64,000 bases of DNA from Candidatus Limnocylindrales bacterium (GTDB taxonomy: Bacteria > Chloroflexota > Limnocylindria > Limnocylindrales > CSP1-4), in NCBI GenBank assembly GCA_049514315.1, contig JBEKVD010000005.1, positions 2,580 through 66,579 on the forward strand. The letters are read 5' to 3'. A program made the translations under genes and the position numbers. This document shows positions 41,904 through 51,527 of the stretch, piece after piece (positions within the stretch are counted from its first letter, which is position 1; the number at the start of each line of letters is the position of its first letter). Under the pieces are notes generated by a model that saw nothing but the letters and a program-made list of their open reading frames with translations, ran no database searches and had not been told where the DNA came from.

Positions 41904-43967
41904 TCAGCGCGCTTCCGGGCCGCGTTCGAGCGTCTCGACCCGCCCGCTGAAGCCTTCACGGACGACTCTGCGACCGAGTTCCGCGACGCGATCGACGGTG
42001 AAACCGAAGCGGCGCAGGATCTCGTCGCCCGGTGCCGAAGCGCCGAAGTGGTCGACCCCGACGATCACACCGTCGATGCCGGCGTAGCGCTCCCAGCCGA
42101 ATGGGCTGAGGGCCTCGATGGCGATCCGGCCTTGGATGGCCCGCGGCAGGACGGACTCGCGGTAGCCCGCTTCCTGCGCCTCGAACCGCTCCCAGCATGG
42201 CAGGCTGACGACCCGGCTGCGGATGCCTTCTCGCTCGAGTGCGGTCGCCGCCCCGAATGCCAGCTGAAGCTCTGAACCCGTGGCAATCAGGATCAGGTCG
42301 GGCGTGGTCGCATCGCCCGAGGCGTCGCGCAACACGTAGCCCCCGCGCGCGACTCCGGACCGGGCCTTCTCTGCCGTGCCGTCGAGGACCGGCAGCTTCT
42401 GGCGGGTCATGATCAGGGCCGTTGGGCCGTCCCGACGCTCGACGGCGCAGACCCATGCCGCCGCTGCTTCGTTCGGGTCGCCGGGCCGGATCACGTCGAG
42501 GCCCGGCATTGCTCGGAGTGCTGCCACCTGTTCGATCGGCTGGTGAGTGGGCCCATCCTCGCCGAGCGCCACGGAGTCGTGCGTCCAGACGTAGATGACC
42601 CCAAGGCGGCTCAACGCGGCCAGCCTGATGGACCCGCGCATGTAGTCGCTGAAGGTCAGGAAGGTGGCCGCATACGGGATGAAGCCGCCGTACAGGGCGA
42701 TGCCGTTGGCGATCGCGCCCATGGCGTGTTCTCGGACACCGAAGCGGATGTTCCGGCCGCCGGTGGCTCCCGGCTCGAAGAGGCCGCCGTCCGCAATGTC
42801 GGTCAGGTTCGACTCGGACAGGTCGGCCGAGCCGCCGAAGAGCTCCGGCACCGGGCCGGCCAGGGCGTTGATCGCCTCGCTGCTCACCTTCCGCGTCGGC
42901 TGGGAGTCGCCCGGGGCGTAGGTCTTGAGCCCGGCCGACCAGCCGTCGCCCAGGCGGCCGCTCCAGCGCCGGTCGAGCTCGGCCGCCTCCGCCGGGAAGT
43001 CGTGCCGATAACGGGCCAGGCTCTCGCGCCACTCGGCCACGAGCCTCTCGCCGGCCGGGATCGCCTCGCGGAACCGGGCGAGTGCCGCGTCGGGAACGTA
43101 GAAGTCGCGGTCCGGGTCCCAGCCGTAGGCCAGCTTCGCCCCGCGCACCTCGTCGGGACCGAGCGGGGACCCATGCGCCTTCTGCGAATCGTGCTTGGTC
43201 GGCGCCCCGTAACCGATGTGAGTCCGGACGGCGATCAGGCTCGGGCGGTCGTCGGCCCTGGCCGCGGCGATGGCGGCGCCGATCGCCTGGATGTCGTTGC
43301 CGTCGTCGACCCGAGTTGTCCCCCAGCCGTAGGCGTCGAAGCGGTCGACCACGCTCTCGGAGAAGGCCATTCCCGTCGGACCGTCCAGCTGGATTCCGTT
43401 GTCGTCGTACAGGAAGACCAGTCTGCCGAGACGAAGGTGCCCGGCGAGAGAAGCGGCCTCGGACGCGATGCCTTCCTGGATATCGCCGTCGGAGCAGATG
43501 GCGTAGACGTAGTGGTCGATGAGGACATGGCCAGGCCGGTTGAACTCATCGGCCAGGCGGCGTTCGGCGATGGCCATACCGACGGCGGTGGCGAAGCCTT
43601 GGCCGAGGGGCCCGGTGGTGGCCTCGACTCCGGCGGTCAAGCCGTACTCGGGGTGGCCGGGCGTAGGAGACCCCCATTGTCGGAAGGCCTTGATGTCCTC
43701 GAGCGTCAGCCCGTAGCCCGTCAGGTACAGCAGCGAGTACAGGAGCATGCTGGCGTGTCCCGCAGACAGGACGAATCGGTCGCGGTTGGGCCAGCCCGGA
43801 TCCGTCGGCGAGTGGCGCAGGAAGCGGCTCCACAGGGTGAAAGCCATCGGGGCCATGCCCATCGGCGCCCCGGGATGGCCGGAGTTGGCCTTTTGAACGG
43901 CGTCGATGGAGAGCGTGCGAATGGTGTCGATCGCCAGCTGGTCGAGATCCCCGGCCCTATCCGTCAT
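41904..43967 (-). CDS. tkt: Transketolase
   Basis: [15 protein letters not shown], the TPP motif region GDGDIQEGI, and [12 protein letters not shown]. 687 aa. Confidence 0.95.
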   Translation of the reverse strand: MTDRAGDLDQLAIDTIRTLSIDAVQKANSGHPGAPMGMAPMAFTLWSRFLRHSPTDPGWPNRDRFVLSAGHASMLLYSLLYLTGYGLTLEDIKAFRQWGSPTPGHPEYGLTAGVEATTGPLGQGFATAVGMAIAERRLADEFNRPGHVLIDHYVYAICSDGDIQEGIASEAASLAGHLRLGRLVFLYDDNGIQLDGPTGMAFSESVVDRFDAYGWGTTRVDDGNDIQAIGAAIAAARADDRPSLIAVRTHIGYGAPTKHDSQKAHGSPLGPDEVRGAKLAYGWDPDRDFYVPDAALARFREAIPAGERLVAEWRESLARYRHDFPAEAAELDRRWSGRLGDGWSAGLKTYAPGDSQPTRKVSSEAINALAGPVPELFGGSADLSESNLTDIADGGLFEPGATGGRNIRFGVREHAMGAIANGIALYGGFIPYAATFLTFSDYMRGSIRLAALSRLGVIYVWTHDSVALGEDGPTHQPIEQVAALRAMPGLDVIRPGDPNEAAAAWVCAVERRDGPTALIMTRQKLPVLDGTAEKARSGVARGGYVLRDASGDATTPDLILIATGSELQLAFGAATALEREGIRSRVVSLPCWERFEAQEAGYRESVLPRAIQGRIAIEALSPFGWERYAGIDGVIVGVDHFGASAPGDEILRRFGFTVDRVAELGRRVVREGFSGRVETLERGPEAR

Positions 43968-44380
43968 TCGATCTCCTGCTGCTTCGCGGGTGCCGCCGCC
44001 TGCGCGTCAGCCTGCGACCATGACCGTAGCGCCAGACTTCAGGGCGCACACCCGCCGGAGCCGACGGGGTTCGTTCGAGGCCCCCAAAGAGGTCCGGCCA
44101 TCGGCCGCGCTCGACGATTCAGACTTGGCGCGGAGAGGGATCCTGCCTGGATCGAACCTCCGGGCCCGATAACCAAGCATTCTAAGGCTCGGCGTCCATT
44201 CGCCGGCGTGGTGAGGTTCGCGGACCGGCCTGCGTACCACGTCTCGGAAGGTTGCGGGGTCCTTGCAGGCTGCTACACTCGCCTTGCAGGTGGTGCGCAT
44301 TCCTGCGGGTCAAGCGTTGCCTGGCGGAAGGAGCCGGGCCGGCGGTCCCGTCCGTGGACGGCGGAATATGAGGAAGGCAG

Positions 44381-44902
44381 ATGCGGGTCTACGACGGCAG
44401 TCCGCGCCAGAACTACGAAGAAGTTCTGCGGTCCATAGGCGCGTTTCTCGATCAGCGGGGCATGCGCGAGGCCCTGGTAGTCGAGGTGCCCGACGGTTTC
44501 GTCGTTCAGGGCCTCTTCGTGGAGACGTCCACGTCCGGCGCCTGGTCGGAGCACCTGGGCCAGCAGGTCAAGGAGACGTTGACCTTCCTCGACGAAGACA
44601 TCGCTCGCTTCATGGAAGAGGGACATGACCGGCGCGGCAACCAGCAGCGCGCGGCCACCTGGGGCCAGGCGGGCTACTATGAGCAGGCGTTCCGCGTTGT
44701 CGGCCGCTACGTCGACGAGCAGAAGCCTCGAGACATCTTCTTCTTTGAGCAAGACGGGGCGTTTGTGCTTCGGCTCCTGATGTGGGAGCAGACCGGCAGA
44801 AGGCACGTCCTCGTGGAATTCACGCGCGATGAAGTCGAGGCGATGATCGCCCAGGCCCATGACTTCAGAGTCCAAAAGCCCACGCCTCGGCCGGGAGCAT
44901 GA
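44381..44902 (+). CDS. Hypothetical protein with internal two-fold domain duplication
   Basis: 173 aa. Residues ~11-80 and ~100-160 align to each other (NYEEVLRSIGAFLDQRGMREALVVEVPDGFVVQGLF vs YYEQAFRVVGRYVDEQKPRDIFFFEQDGAFVLRLLM). GAGGAAGG sits 5 nt upstream of the ATG. Confidence 0.6.
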   Translation: MRVYDGSPRQNYEEVLRSIGAFLDQRGMREALVVEVPDGFVVQGLFVETSTSGAWSEHLGQQVKETLTFLDEDIARFMEEGHDRRGNQQRAATWGQAGYYEQAFRVVGRYVDEQKPRDIFFFEQDGAFVLRLLMWEQTGRRHVLVEFTRDEVEAMIAQAHDFRVQKPTPRPGA

Positions 44903-44939
44903 GCTCGGGGGAGGCGTGGGCCTGGCAGGGAGGAAGACA

Positions 44940-45095
44940 GTGAAAATCGTGAAGATCGTGGCGACGTTCCTGTTGGTGGTGCTCGCCGCTCTTGTCATCA
45001 TCCCCCTCGTCGTGCTGGCCGGTCTCTTCGTCTGGCTGAAGCTGACCGAAGAGGGTGATGAGGAGTCGCTCGAGCTCGACCAGGAGAACGTCTAG
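44940..45095 (+). CDS. Possible small single-pass membrane protein (51 aa)
   Basis: GTG preceded by GGGAGGA. Hydrophobic helix ATFLLVVLAALVIIPLVVLAGLFVWL followed by an acidic tail. A hairpin terminator lies ~28 nt downstream. Confidence 0.4.
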   Translation: MKIVKIVATFLLVVLAALVIIPLVVLAGLFVWLKLTEEGDEESLELDQENV

Positions 45096-45122
45096 CACGG
45101 CTCGAGCCGGATTGCCCGAAGG

Positions 45123-45148
45123 TCGCCCGGGCCCCGAGGTCCGGGCGA
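45123..45148 (+). terminator. Hairpin terminator candidate downstream of the 44381-45095 genes
   Basis: tcgcccgg-(10 nt)-ccgggcga is an 8-bp stem followed by ttgtctg. The T tract is weak. Confidence 0.4.
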
Positions 45149-45186
45149 TTGTCTGACCGGTCCCGACTTCCGTCGCTGCGCGTCCC

Positions 45187-45215
45187 TTGACAGGCGACTG
45201 GCCGAGGCCTAGCAT
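45187..45215 (+). promoter_or_regulatory. Sigma70/SigA-type promoter candidate for ino1
   Basis: TTGACA (45187-45192), a 17-nt spacer, then TAGCAT (45210-45215). It lies ~150 nt upstream of the ino1 ATG. Confidence 0.55.
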
Positions 45216-45221
45216 CAATGA

Positions 45222-45237
45222 GCCTTTATATAAAGGC
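45222..45237. promoter_or_regulatory. Perfect 16-bp AT-cored palindrome (candidate operator) just downstream of the ino1 -10
   Basis: GCCTTTATATAAAGGC is self-complementary. It begins 7 nt after the -10 hexamer and is strikingly AT-rich for this DNA. Confidence 0.5.
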
Positions 45238-45367
45238 CCGTTGTTTTGGGACGTTGCCCCGGGCGCACGCGGCCAGTTCTGGCTGGCCGGCGCCCTGGGG
45301 GTCATCGTCGTGACCGCGAGCGTCACCGCGGTGCAGCGCACCTGGCACGTTCGGACGCAGCTTCGCC

Positions 45368-46546
45368 ATGAGGAGTAGCGGCCGAAAGATCCGGGTCGCG
45401 ATCGTCGGCGTGGGCAACTGCGCGAGCAGCCTCGTCCAGGGCCGCTACTACTACGAGAACGCGGCCGAGACCGACTTTGTCCCGGGCCTCATGCACGTCA
45501 GCCTGGGCGGCTACCACGTCCGCGACCTCGACTTCGTGGCCGCCTTCGACATCGATAAGAACAAGGTCGGCAAGGACCTCTCCGAGGCCATCTACACCAA
45601 GCCGAACAACACCTTCGTCTTCCAGCAAGTCCCCAAGCTCGGCGTCAAGGTTGATCGCGGCATGACCCACGACGGCCTGGGCAAGTACCTGAGCCAGATC
45701 ATCGAGAAGGCCCCCGGGCCGACCGCGGACGTGGCCGGGATCCTGCGCGAGCGCAAGGTCGACGTCCTGATCAACTACCTCCCGGTCGGCTCGGAGGAGG
45801 CGACCAAGTGGTACGTCGAGCAGGCCCTCGCCGCCGGCGTGGGCGTGGTCAACTGCATCCCGGTCTTCATCGCCCGCGAGCCCTACTGGCAGCGCCGCTT
45901 CGCCGAGCGCGGCCTGCCGATCATCGGCGACGACATCAAGAGCCAGGTCGGGGCGACGATCAGCCACAGGGTCCTGACCCGCCTCTTCATGGACCGCGGC
46001 GTCCGCCTCGATAGGACCTACCAGCTCAACTTCGGGGGCAACACCGACTTTCTCAACATGCTCGAGCGCGAGCGACTGGAGTCCAAGAAGATCTCCAAGA
46101 CCAACGCGGTCACATCGATGCTCGACTACGACATCGATCCGGACAACATCCACGTCGGCCCCTCTGACCACGTGCCCTGGCTGCTGGACCGCAAGTACTG
46201 CTACATCGTGATGGAGGGCACGACCTTCGGCGACGTGCCGCTCAAGGCCGAGATGAAGCTCGAGGTCTGGGACAGCCCCAACTCCGCCGGTGTCGTCATC
46301 GACGCCGTCCGCTGCCTCCGCCTCGGGCTCGACCGCGGCCTAAAGGGCGCTCTCGTGGCTCCCTCGGCCTACTTCAAGAAGAGCCCGCCGATCCAGCTCC
46401 ACGACGATGTCGCCTACAACCGCGTCGAGGCCTTCATCCGCGGCGAGGACAACGAGTCCCTCGTCGGCACCGAGACCCTGCCGGGGCGCGTCACGCGCCC
46501 GGCCCCGCTCCGCGGCGGCAAGGCGGCCGTCGGGGCGGCGCGCTAG
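45368..46546 (+). CDS. ino1: myo-Inositol-1-phosphate synthase
   Basis: N-terminal [18 protein letters not shown] and overall co-linearity with actinobacterial Ino1 ([31 protein letters not shown]). Confidence 0.92.
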   Translation: MRSSGRKIRVAIVGVGNCASSLVQGRYYYENAAETDFVPGLMHVSLGGYHVRDLDFVAAFDIDKNKVGKDLSEAIYTKPNNTFVFQQVPKLGVKVDRGMTHDGLGKYLSQIIEKAPGPTADVAGILRERKVDVLINYLPVGSEEATKWYVEQALAAGVGVVNCIPVFIAREPYWQRRFAERGLPIIGDDIKSQVGATISHRVLTRLFMDRGVRLDRTYQLNFGGNTDFLNMLERERLESKKISKTNAVTSMLDYDIDPDNIHVGPSDHVPWLLDRKYCYIVMEGTTFGDVPLKAEMKLEVWDSPNSAGVVIDAVRCLRLGLDRGLKGALVAPSAYFKKSPPIQLHDDVAYNRVEAFIRGEDNESLVGTETLPGRVTRPAPLRGGKAAVGAAR

Positions 46547-46557
46547 ACCGGGAAGAC

Positions 46558-46606
46558 TCCACCGTCGGCTACCCGGGCGCCGCGCGCAGCCCGAGGGCCG
46601 ACGGTG
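46558..46606. terminator. Long hairpin between convergent ino1 and tal
   Basis: ccaccgtcggc ... gccgacggtgg is an 11-bp perfect stem enclosing a partly self-complementary 27-nt segment. Confidence 0.45.
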
Positions 46607-46660
46607 GCCCGTCGGGGCCGGGTTTCAGTCGCCGGCCGAGCCACTGCCTCTACCCGTGCG

Positions 46661-47746
46661 TCATCCGCCGGAGGAGGCCGCGGCCTTCTCGTCGATTCTC
46701 GTGAGCAGGGACTGCCAGGCGCGCTCGAATGCCTCGACCCCCTGGTCCTGCAGGCGCCGCCCGAGCTCCCCCACGTCCACCCCCGCCGCCTCGAACCGGG
46801 CGATCAGCGCCTCGTCCTGGGGATCGGGGCCGACTGCGAGCGTATCGGCGACCGTCCCGTGGTCGGCGAACGCGAGAAGCGTCTCCTCCGGCATCGTGTT
46901 GACGGTCAGCGGGGCGGCCAGCGCCTCGACGTAGAGAACATCGGATGCCTTCGGATCCTTGGTGCCCGTGCTCGCCCACAGGAGCCTCTGTGGTCGGGCC
47001 CCCTCGTTGAGCAATCGCTGCCAGCGGTCGCTTTCCAGGAGCGCGCGGTAGGCAGCGTACGTCTTGCGAGCCGTCGCAATGCCCAGCTTGAGGTGGAGAT
47101 CGGGCGGCAGATCACCGGCGAGGGGGCCGTCCCAGCGGCTGACGAAGACCGACGCGACCGAGGGAACGTACGGATCGAGCCCGGCCTCCACGCGCCGCTC
47201 GATCGCCCGGGTGTAGGCTTCGGCGGCCGCAAGGTAGTGCTCGGTCGAGAAGAGCAACGTAACGTTCACCGGGACGCCGGCGACGATCGATGCCTCGATA
47301 GCCTCGAGACCGGCCGTCGTTCCCTGGATCTTGATGAACAGGTTGGGCCGGCCGGCCAGGGCGTGCAGCCTGCTCGCGGCGCGGATCGTGGCCCCGGTAT
47401 CGGCGGCCAGCAGGGGCGACACCTCGAGCGAGACGAACCCGTCGACTCCGTTCGTGCGCCGATGGATGGGCAGGAACAGGTCGGCCGCCCGGCGCAGGTC
47501 GTCGAGCGCCAGCTCGAAGAAGATGCCCTCGCCATCGGAGCCTGCCGCCGAGAGCCGTCTGATCGCCTCGTCGTAGGCAGCAGAGCCGCCGATCGCCTTG
47601 TCGTAGATCGACGGGTTGGACGTCAAGCCGCTCACGGACAGCTCCGCGATGTAGCGCTCGAGCGTCCCGCTCGTCAGCAGGTCGCGGGTGATGTTGTCGA
47701 GCCAGACGCTCTGTCCGATCCGACCGAGCTGCACGGTCCGGTTCAT
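46661..47746 (-). CDS. tal: Transaldolase (long actinobacterial type)
   Basis: SVWLDNITRDLL..GLTSNPSIYDKAI and the Schiff-base region LFIKIQGT. Confidence 0.9.
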   Translation of the reverse strand: MNRTVQLGRIGQSVWLDNITRDLLTSGTLERYIAELSVSGLTSNPSIYDKAIGGSAAYDEAIRRLSAAGSDGEGIFFELALDDLRRAADLFLPIHRRTNGVDGFVSLEVSPLLAADTGATIRAASRLHALAGRPNLFIKIQGTTAGLEAIEASIVAGVPVNVTLLFSTEHYLAAAEAYTRAIERRVEAGLDPYVPSVASVFVSRWDGPLAGDLPPDLHLKLGIATARKTYAAYRALLESDRWQRLLNEGARPQRLLWASTGTKDPKASDVLYVEALAAPLTVNTMPEETLLAFADHGTVADTLAVGPDPQDEALIARFEAAGVDVGELGRRLQDQGVEAFERAWQSLLTRIDEKAAASSGG

Positions 47747-47771
47747 ATCGCCTCCAGTTTGCCGCCCGATG

Positions 47772-49133
47772 TTAGCCGTTCAGCATGTCGCCGCGAAATG
47801 CGTCGGCATCCTGGAGCCGCCGGCGCAACGCGTTCAAGAACCGGGCGGCCAGCTCGCCGTCGACCAGCCGGTGATCCGCCGTCAGGGTCAGCTTCATCAT
47901 CTGCCGGATTCCGATCGCTTCGCCGACCGCGACCGGTGTCGGGACGACGCTCGAAACCGCCAGGATCGCCGATTCGCCGGGGTTGATGATGGCGCAGAAC
48001 TCATCGACGCCGAACATCCCGAGATTCGAGATCGTGAACGTGCTGCCGGACATGTCGTCGGGCGGAAGCGTCCCGTTGCGGGCCGCCTCGGCGAGCTCCG
48101 CGGCCCTTGCGTGCAGGTCGTCCAGGGAGCGGCGATCGGCGTCGCGGATCACCGGCACGACCAGGCCGTCGGGCAGCGCGACGGCAAGTCCGACGTGGAC
48201 GTGGCGGCGAGGCCAGACCGAGACCCCGTCGGTGCGCGAATTGACGTCCGGGAACTCCACCAGAGTCTGCGCTGCCGCCGAGACGATGAAGTCGGTGACG
48301 GTGAGCGCCTTGCCGGCGGCCTTGAGCTCGGTCCGGAGGGCGAGCAGCCGGGTCATGTCAACGGCGATGGTGACCGTGAACTGGGGGACGGTCGTCGCGC
48401 TCAGCGTGAGACGCTCGGCGATAACCCGGCGCATCCTGGTCATCTGCCGCGGACCCGGGTCGTCGGCGTCCCCGGCGTAGAACGTGGGTTGCGGCGGCCG
48501 GACGCCGGCGGCAGTCGTCGCCGCAGGCGCAAGACGTGGTGCCATCGGCGAGGCCGACACCACGGCCGGCGCCATCTCGGCCGCTGCCGCGGGCGCAGCC
48601 GGGCCAGCCTCCATGGCGGCCTGGACGTCTCGCTCGGTGATGCGGCCCTCCGGCCCGGTCCCGGTGAGCGTACGCGGGTCGATCCCGGACGTGGCGGCGA
48701 GCCGGCTGGCCCGGGGGCTGATGCGAAGATGACCGGGCCCGCCGCGAGGCGGCGGCATCTTCGGGGACGCCCCGGGCGCGGGTTGAACGGCGGCACCGGC
48801 CGGCGCAGGGATTGCTTCGACCGCAAACGGCTCCGGCGCGCCCGCTTCACCCGTGGTGCCCACGACCGGTGGCGGTCCTTCGGGCACGGTCTCCCCAGGC
48901 TCGCCGACGTAGGCGCACACGGCGTTGACCGGGACCGTCTGGCCCTCTTCGACTACGCGCTTGAGCAGCACGCCCTCTTCGAATGCCTCGACGTCCATGT
49001 TCGACTTGTCGGTCTCGATCTCGAAGAGAACGTCGCCCTTCCTGACCGCGTCACCTTCGCGCTTGTGCCAGGCGACGAGGACGCATTCCTCGGTCATCTG
49101 ACCGGGCTTCGGCATGAGGATCGGATGAGCCAT
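47772..49133 (-). CDS. Dihydrolipoamide acyltransferase (E2) of a 2-oxoacid/acetoin dehydrogenase complex
   Basis: Lipoyl domain with EIETDKSNMDVEA, a Pro/Ala linker, a peripheral-subunit-binding segment (ISPRASRLA), and catalytic DHRLVDG. Confidence 0.9.
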   Translation of the reverse strand: MAHPILMPKPGQMTEECVLVAWHKREGDAVRKGDVLFEIETDKSNMDVEAFEEGVLLKRVVEEGQTVPVNAVCAYVGEPGETVPEGPPPVVGTTGEAGAPEPFAVEAIPAPAGAAVQPAPGASPKMPPPRGGPGHLRISPRASRLAATSGIDPRTLTGTGPEGRITERDVQAAMEAGPAAPAAAAEMAPAVVSASPMAPRLAPAATTAAGVRPPQPTFYAGDADDPGPRQMTRMRRVIAERLTLSATTVPQFTVTIAVDMTRLLALRTELKAAGKALTVTDFIVSAAAQTLVEFPDVNSRTDGVSVWPRRHVHVGLAVALPDGLVVPVIRDADRRSLDDLHARAAELAEAARNGTLPPDDMSGSTFTISNLGMFGVDEFCAIINPGESAILAVSSVVPTPVAVGEAIGIRQMMKLTLTADHRLVDGELAARFLNALRRRLQDADAFRGDMLNG

Positions 49134-49168
49134 GGTGTCCCTCGCGAAATGGGCCCGGCGGTCGTTGC

Positions 49169-51508
49169 CTACAGTAGAGCGGCCACCGCCGCCCCGATAT
49201 CGCCGGCGTTAGGCAGGAAGGCCTTCTCCAGGCCCTCGGCCTGGGGCGAGATGCCGTTGGCGGCGCCGATCCGGCCGACCGGCGCGTCGAGGTAGTCGAA
49301 GGCTTCGAGCTGGATGCGGGCGACGATTTCGTTGACGAAGCTGCCGATGAGCACGGCCTGGCTCGCGACCACGCAGCGACCGGTCTTGCGGACGGAGGCC
49401 AGAACGGTCTCCATGTCCAGCGGGACGAGGCTCCGCAGGTCGACGACCTCGGTTTCCACGCTGTGATCGGCCTTCAGCTGCTCGGCCGCCTTCAGCGCGT
49501 CGATCACGGCCGGACCCCACGCGACGATGGTGGCGTCGGAGCCTTCGCGGACGACCCGGGCGACGCCAAGCGGCTCCAGGTGTTCCTCCTCGGGCACGAC
49601 GCCCTTCGTGCCGTAGAGCCCCTGGCTCTCGACGAACAGGACGGGGTTGTTCGTTCGGATCGCCGACTTCAGGAGCCCCTTGGCGTCGGCGGGTGTCGCC
49701 GGGTAGACGACGTACATCCCGGGGATGTGGGTGAAGACGCTCTCGAGAGACTGCGAGTGCTGGCCGCCGTAGCCCTTGCCGGCGCCGACAGAGGCGCGGA
49801 TGACGAGCGGCACCTCGGTCTGGGCACCCGACATGTAATGCCACTTGCCGGCCTGGTTGGCGATCTGGTCGGATGCCATGAGCGCGAAGTCCATGTACAT
49901 GAGCTCGACGACAGGTCGCAGCCCGACCATGGACGCGCCGACCGCCGTGCCGCAGATGCAGGCCTCGGAGATCGGCGTGTTGAAGATGCGCTCGCGACCG
50001 AACGCCTCCAGCAGGTCTTTGGTGAGCTTGAAAGCTCCGCCGTAGTCGGCGACGTCCTCGCCGTAGACGACGATCCGGCGGTCGCGCAGCATCTCCTCGA
50101 CGAGGGCCTCACGCAGCGCGTCCTTGTAACTGATCGTGCCGTTGGCGCGCTTCGCCACCGGCGGCTCCGCGTACGTGACGACTGCGCGGTCCGGCTCGGG
50201 GACGACGTCCGCGGCGGTGTCGGTGTAGAGGTACTTGAGCAGGTCGGCCGGGGCCGGGTCCGTGGCCTGCGAGGCCCGCACGGCTGCGCGGGCGTTCCGC
50301 TCACGCGCCCTCGACTCGATCTCGGCGAGCGCGGCCGCGTCGGCAACTCCGGCCGCGATCAGCTGATGCTTGAGCCGCTCTATCGGGTCGACCGCCCGCC
50401 AGGCCGCCTCCTCGTCCCGAGTCCGATACTCGTTGCGGGGATCGGACAGGGAGTGGCCGTAGTAGCGATACGTGCTCGCCTCGATGAGGACCGGGCCCCT
50501 CCCCTCCCGGCAGGTTGCGGCCGCCCGCTCGATCGCGTCGCGGACGGCCAGCACGTCCATCCCGTTGACGACCTCGGCGTGCATGTTGTCCTGGGCGAAG
50601 CCGGCGGCACGGCGGGCCAGGTGGTGGACGCCCATCACTTCCTCGTCGGTCCGATGGGTCATCCCATAGTGGTTGTTGACGATCACGTAGATGACCGGCA
50701 GGCCCCCGGCGCGCGCCCCGGCCAGGTGGTTCGTCCACTGCTCCTGGGAAGCCCAGTTGAGCGACTCGAGGACGACCCCGTTGGCGTAGGCGCCGTCGCC
50801 TGCGAAGCAGCAGACCACCCGGTCGGAGCCCCGGTAGCGGAGCGCCATCGCCGCGCCGGTCGCGATCGGCACGCTTCCACCGACGATCGCGTTCGCCCCG
50901 AGATGGCCGGTCGAGAAGTCGCCGATATGCATTCCGCCGCCGCGTCCCCGGCAGTAGCCCTCTTCCTTGCCGAACAGCTCCGCGATCGTCCGATAGACGT
51001 GCTCCTCCAGCGCGTCTGCCAGAAGACCCTCCAGGCTCGATGCCTTCGACCAGGGTGCGCGAGCCCGGAGGGCATCGGCCGGCATCGCCCGGACCGCGGC
51101 GAACCCCTTGGCGATCGCGTCGCCGTGTCCGCGGTGCGAGCTGGTGATGTTGTCGTCGGGGCGGAGCGCGCCGCAGGCGCCCACCGACGTCGCCTCCTGG
51201 CCGATCGAGACGTGGGTCGGGCCGCGATAGTCGTAGCCCGGCAGCGGGCCGTAGCCGCCAGATCGGAGGCGAACGATCATCTCCTCCAGCTCCCGGATGG
51301 CCAGCATGTCGTCGAGCAGCTCGAGCGCCGCTGAGGCGGTGAGCTTCCCCGCGGCGATCTCGGAGCCGGCGTCGCCGGCGAAGTCGAAGCCGCGGATCGA
51401 ACCCAGGGATTCCTCGAACGGCGTGAAGTCGGGTCGAGTGTCGCTCCGGTAGGCCGGCTCCGTGACCATGTTCTCCACCTCTGACGCTGATCTGGCTGTC
51501 GTCTTCAT
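49169..51508 (-). CDS. Fused E1 alpha-beta TPP-dependent dehydrogenase component
   Basis: The N-terminal half is E1-alpha-like with TPP motif GDGAYANGVVLESLNWA. The C-terminal half is E1-beta-like (ISYKDALREALVEEMLRDRRIVVYGEDVADYGGAFKLT). It is a single uninterrupted reading frame. Alternative starts are at 51538 (TTG) and 51469 (ATG). Confidence 0.88.
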   Translation of the reverse strand: MKTTARSASEVENMVTEPAYRSDTRPDFTPFEESLGSIRGFDFAGDAGSEIAAGKLTASAALELLDDMLAIRELEEMIVRLRSGGYGPLPGYDYRGPTHVSIGQEATSVGACGALRPDDNITSSHRGHGDAIAKGFAAVRAMPADALRARAPWSKASSLEGLLADALEEHVYRTIAELFGKEEGYCRGRGGGMHIGDFSTGHLGANAIVGGSVPIATGAAMALRYRGSDRVVCCFAGDGAYANGVVLESLNWASQEQWTNHLAGARAGGLPVIYVIVNNHYGMTHRTDEEVMGVHHLARRAAGFAQDNMHAEVVNGMDVLAVRDAIERAAATCREGRGPVLIEASTYRYYGHSLSDPRNEYRTRDEEAAWRAVDPIERLKHQLIAAGVADAAALAEIESRARERNARAAVRASQATDPAPADLLKYLYTDTAADVVPEPDRAVVTYAEPPVAKRANGTISYKDALREALVEEMLRDRRIVVYGEDVADYGGAFKLTKDLLEAFGRERIFNTPISEACICGTAVGASMVGLRPVVELMYMDFALMASDQIANQAGKWHYMSGAQTEVPLVIRASVGAGKGYGGQHSQSLESVFTHIPGMYVVYPATPADAKGLLKSAIRTNNPVLFVESQGLYGTKGVVPEEEHLEPLGVARVVREGSDATIVAWGPAVIDALKAAEQLKADHSVETEVVDLRSLVPLDMETVLASVRKTGRCVVASQAVLIGSFVNEIVARIQLEAFDYLDAPVGRIGAANGISPQAEGLEKAFLPNAGDIGAAVAALL

Positions 51509-51527
51509 GTGTTGAGCTTCGTCTCCT

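Noticed and set aside
44120-44200. tRNA-like fragment on the minus strand (GGTTCGATCC ... CGCGCCA)
   Set aside because: A T-loop-like heptamer and a terminal CCA are present. However, no complementary T-stem, acceptor stem or anticodon arm can be drawn, so it is not a tRNA.
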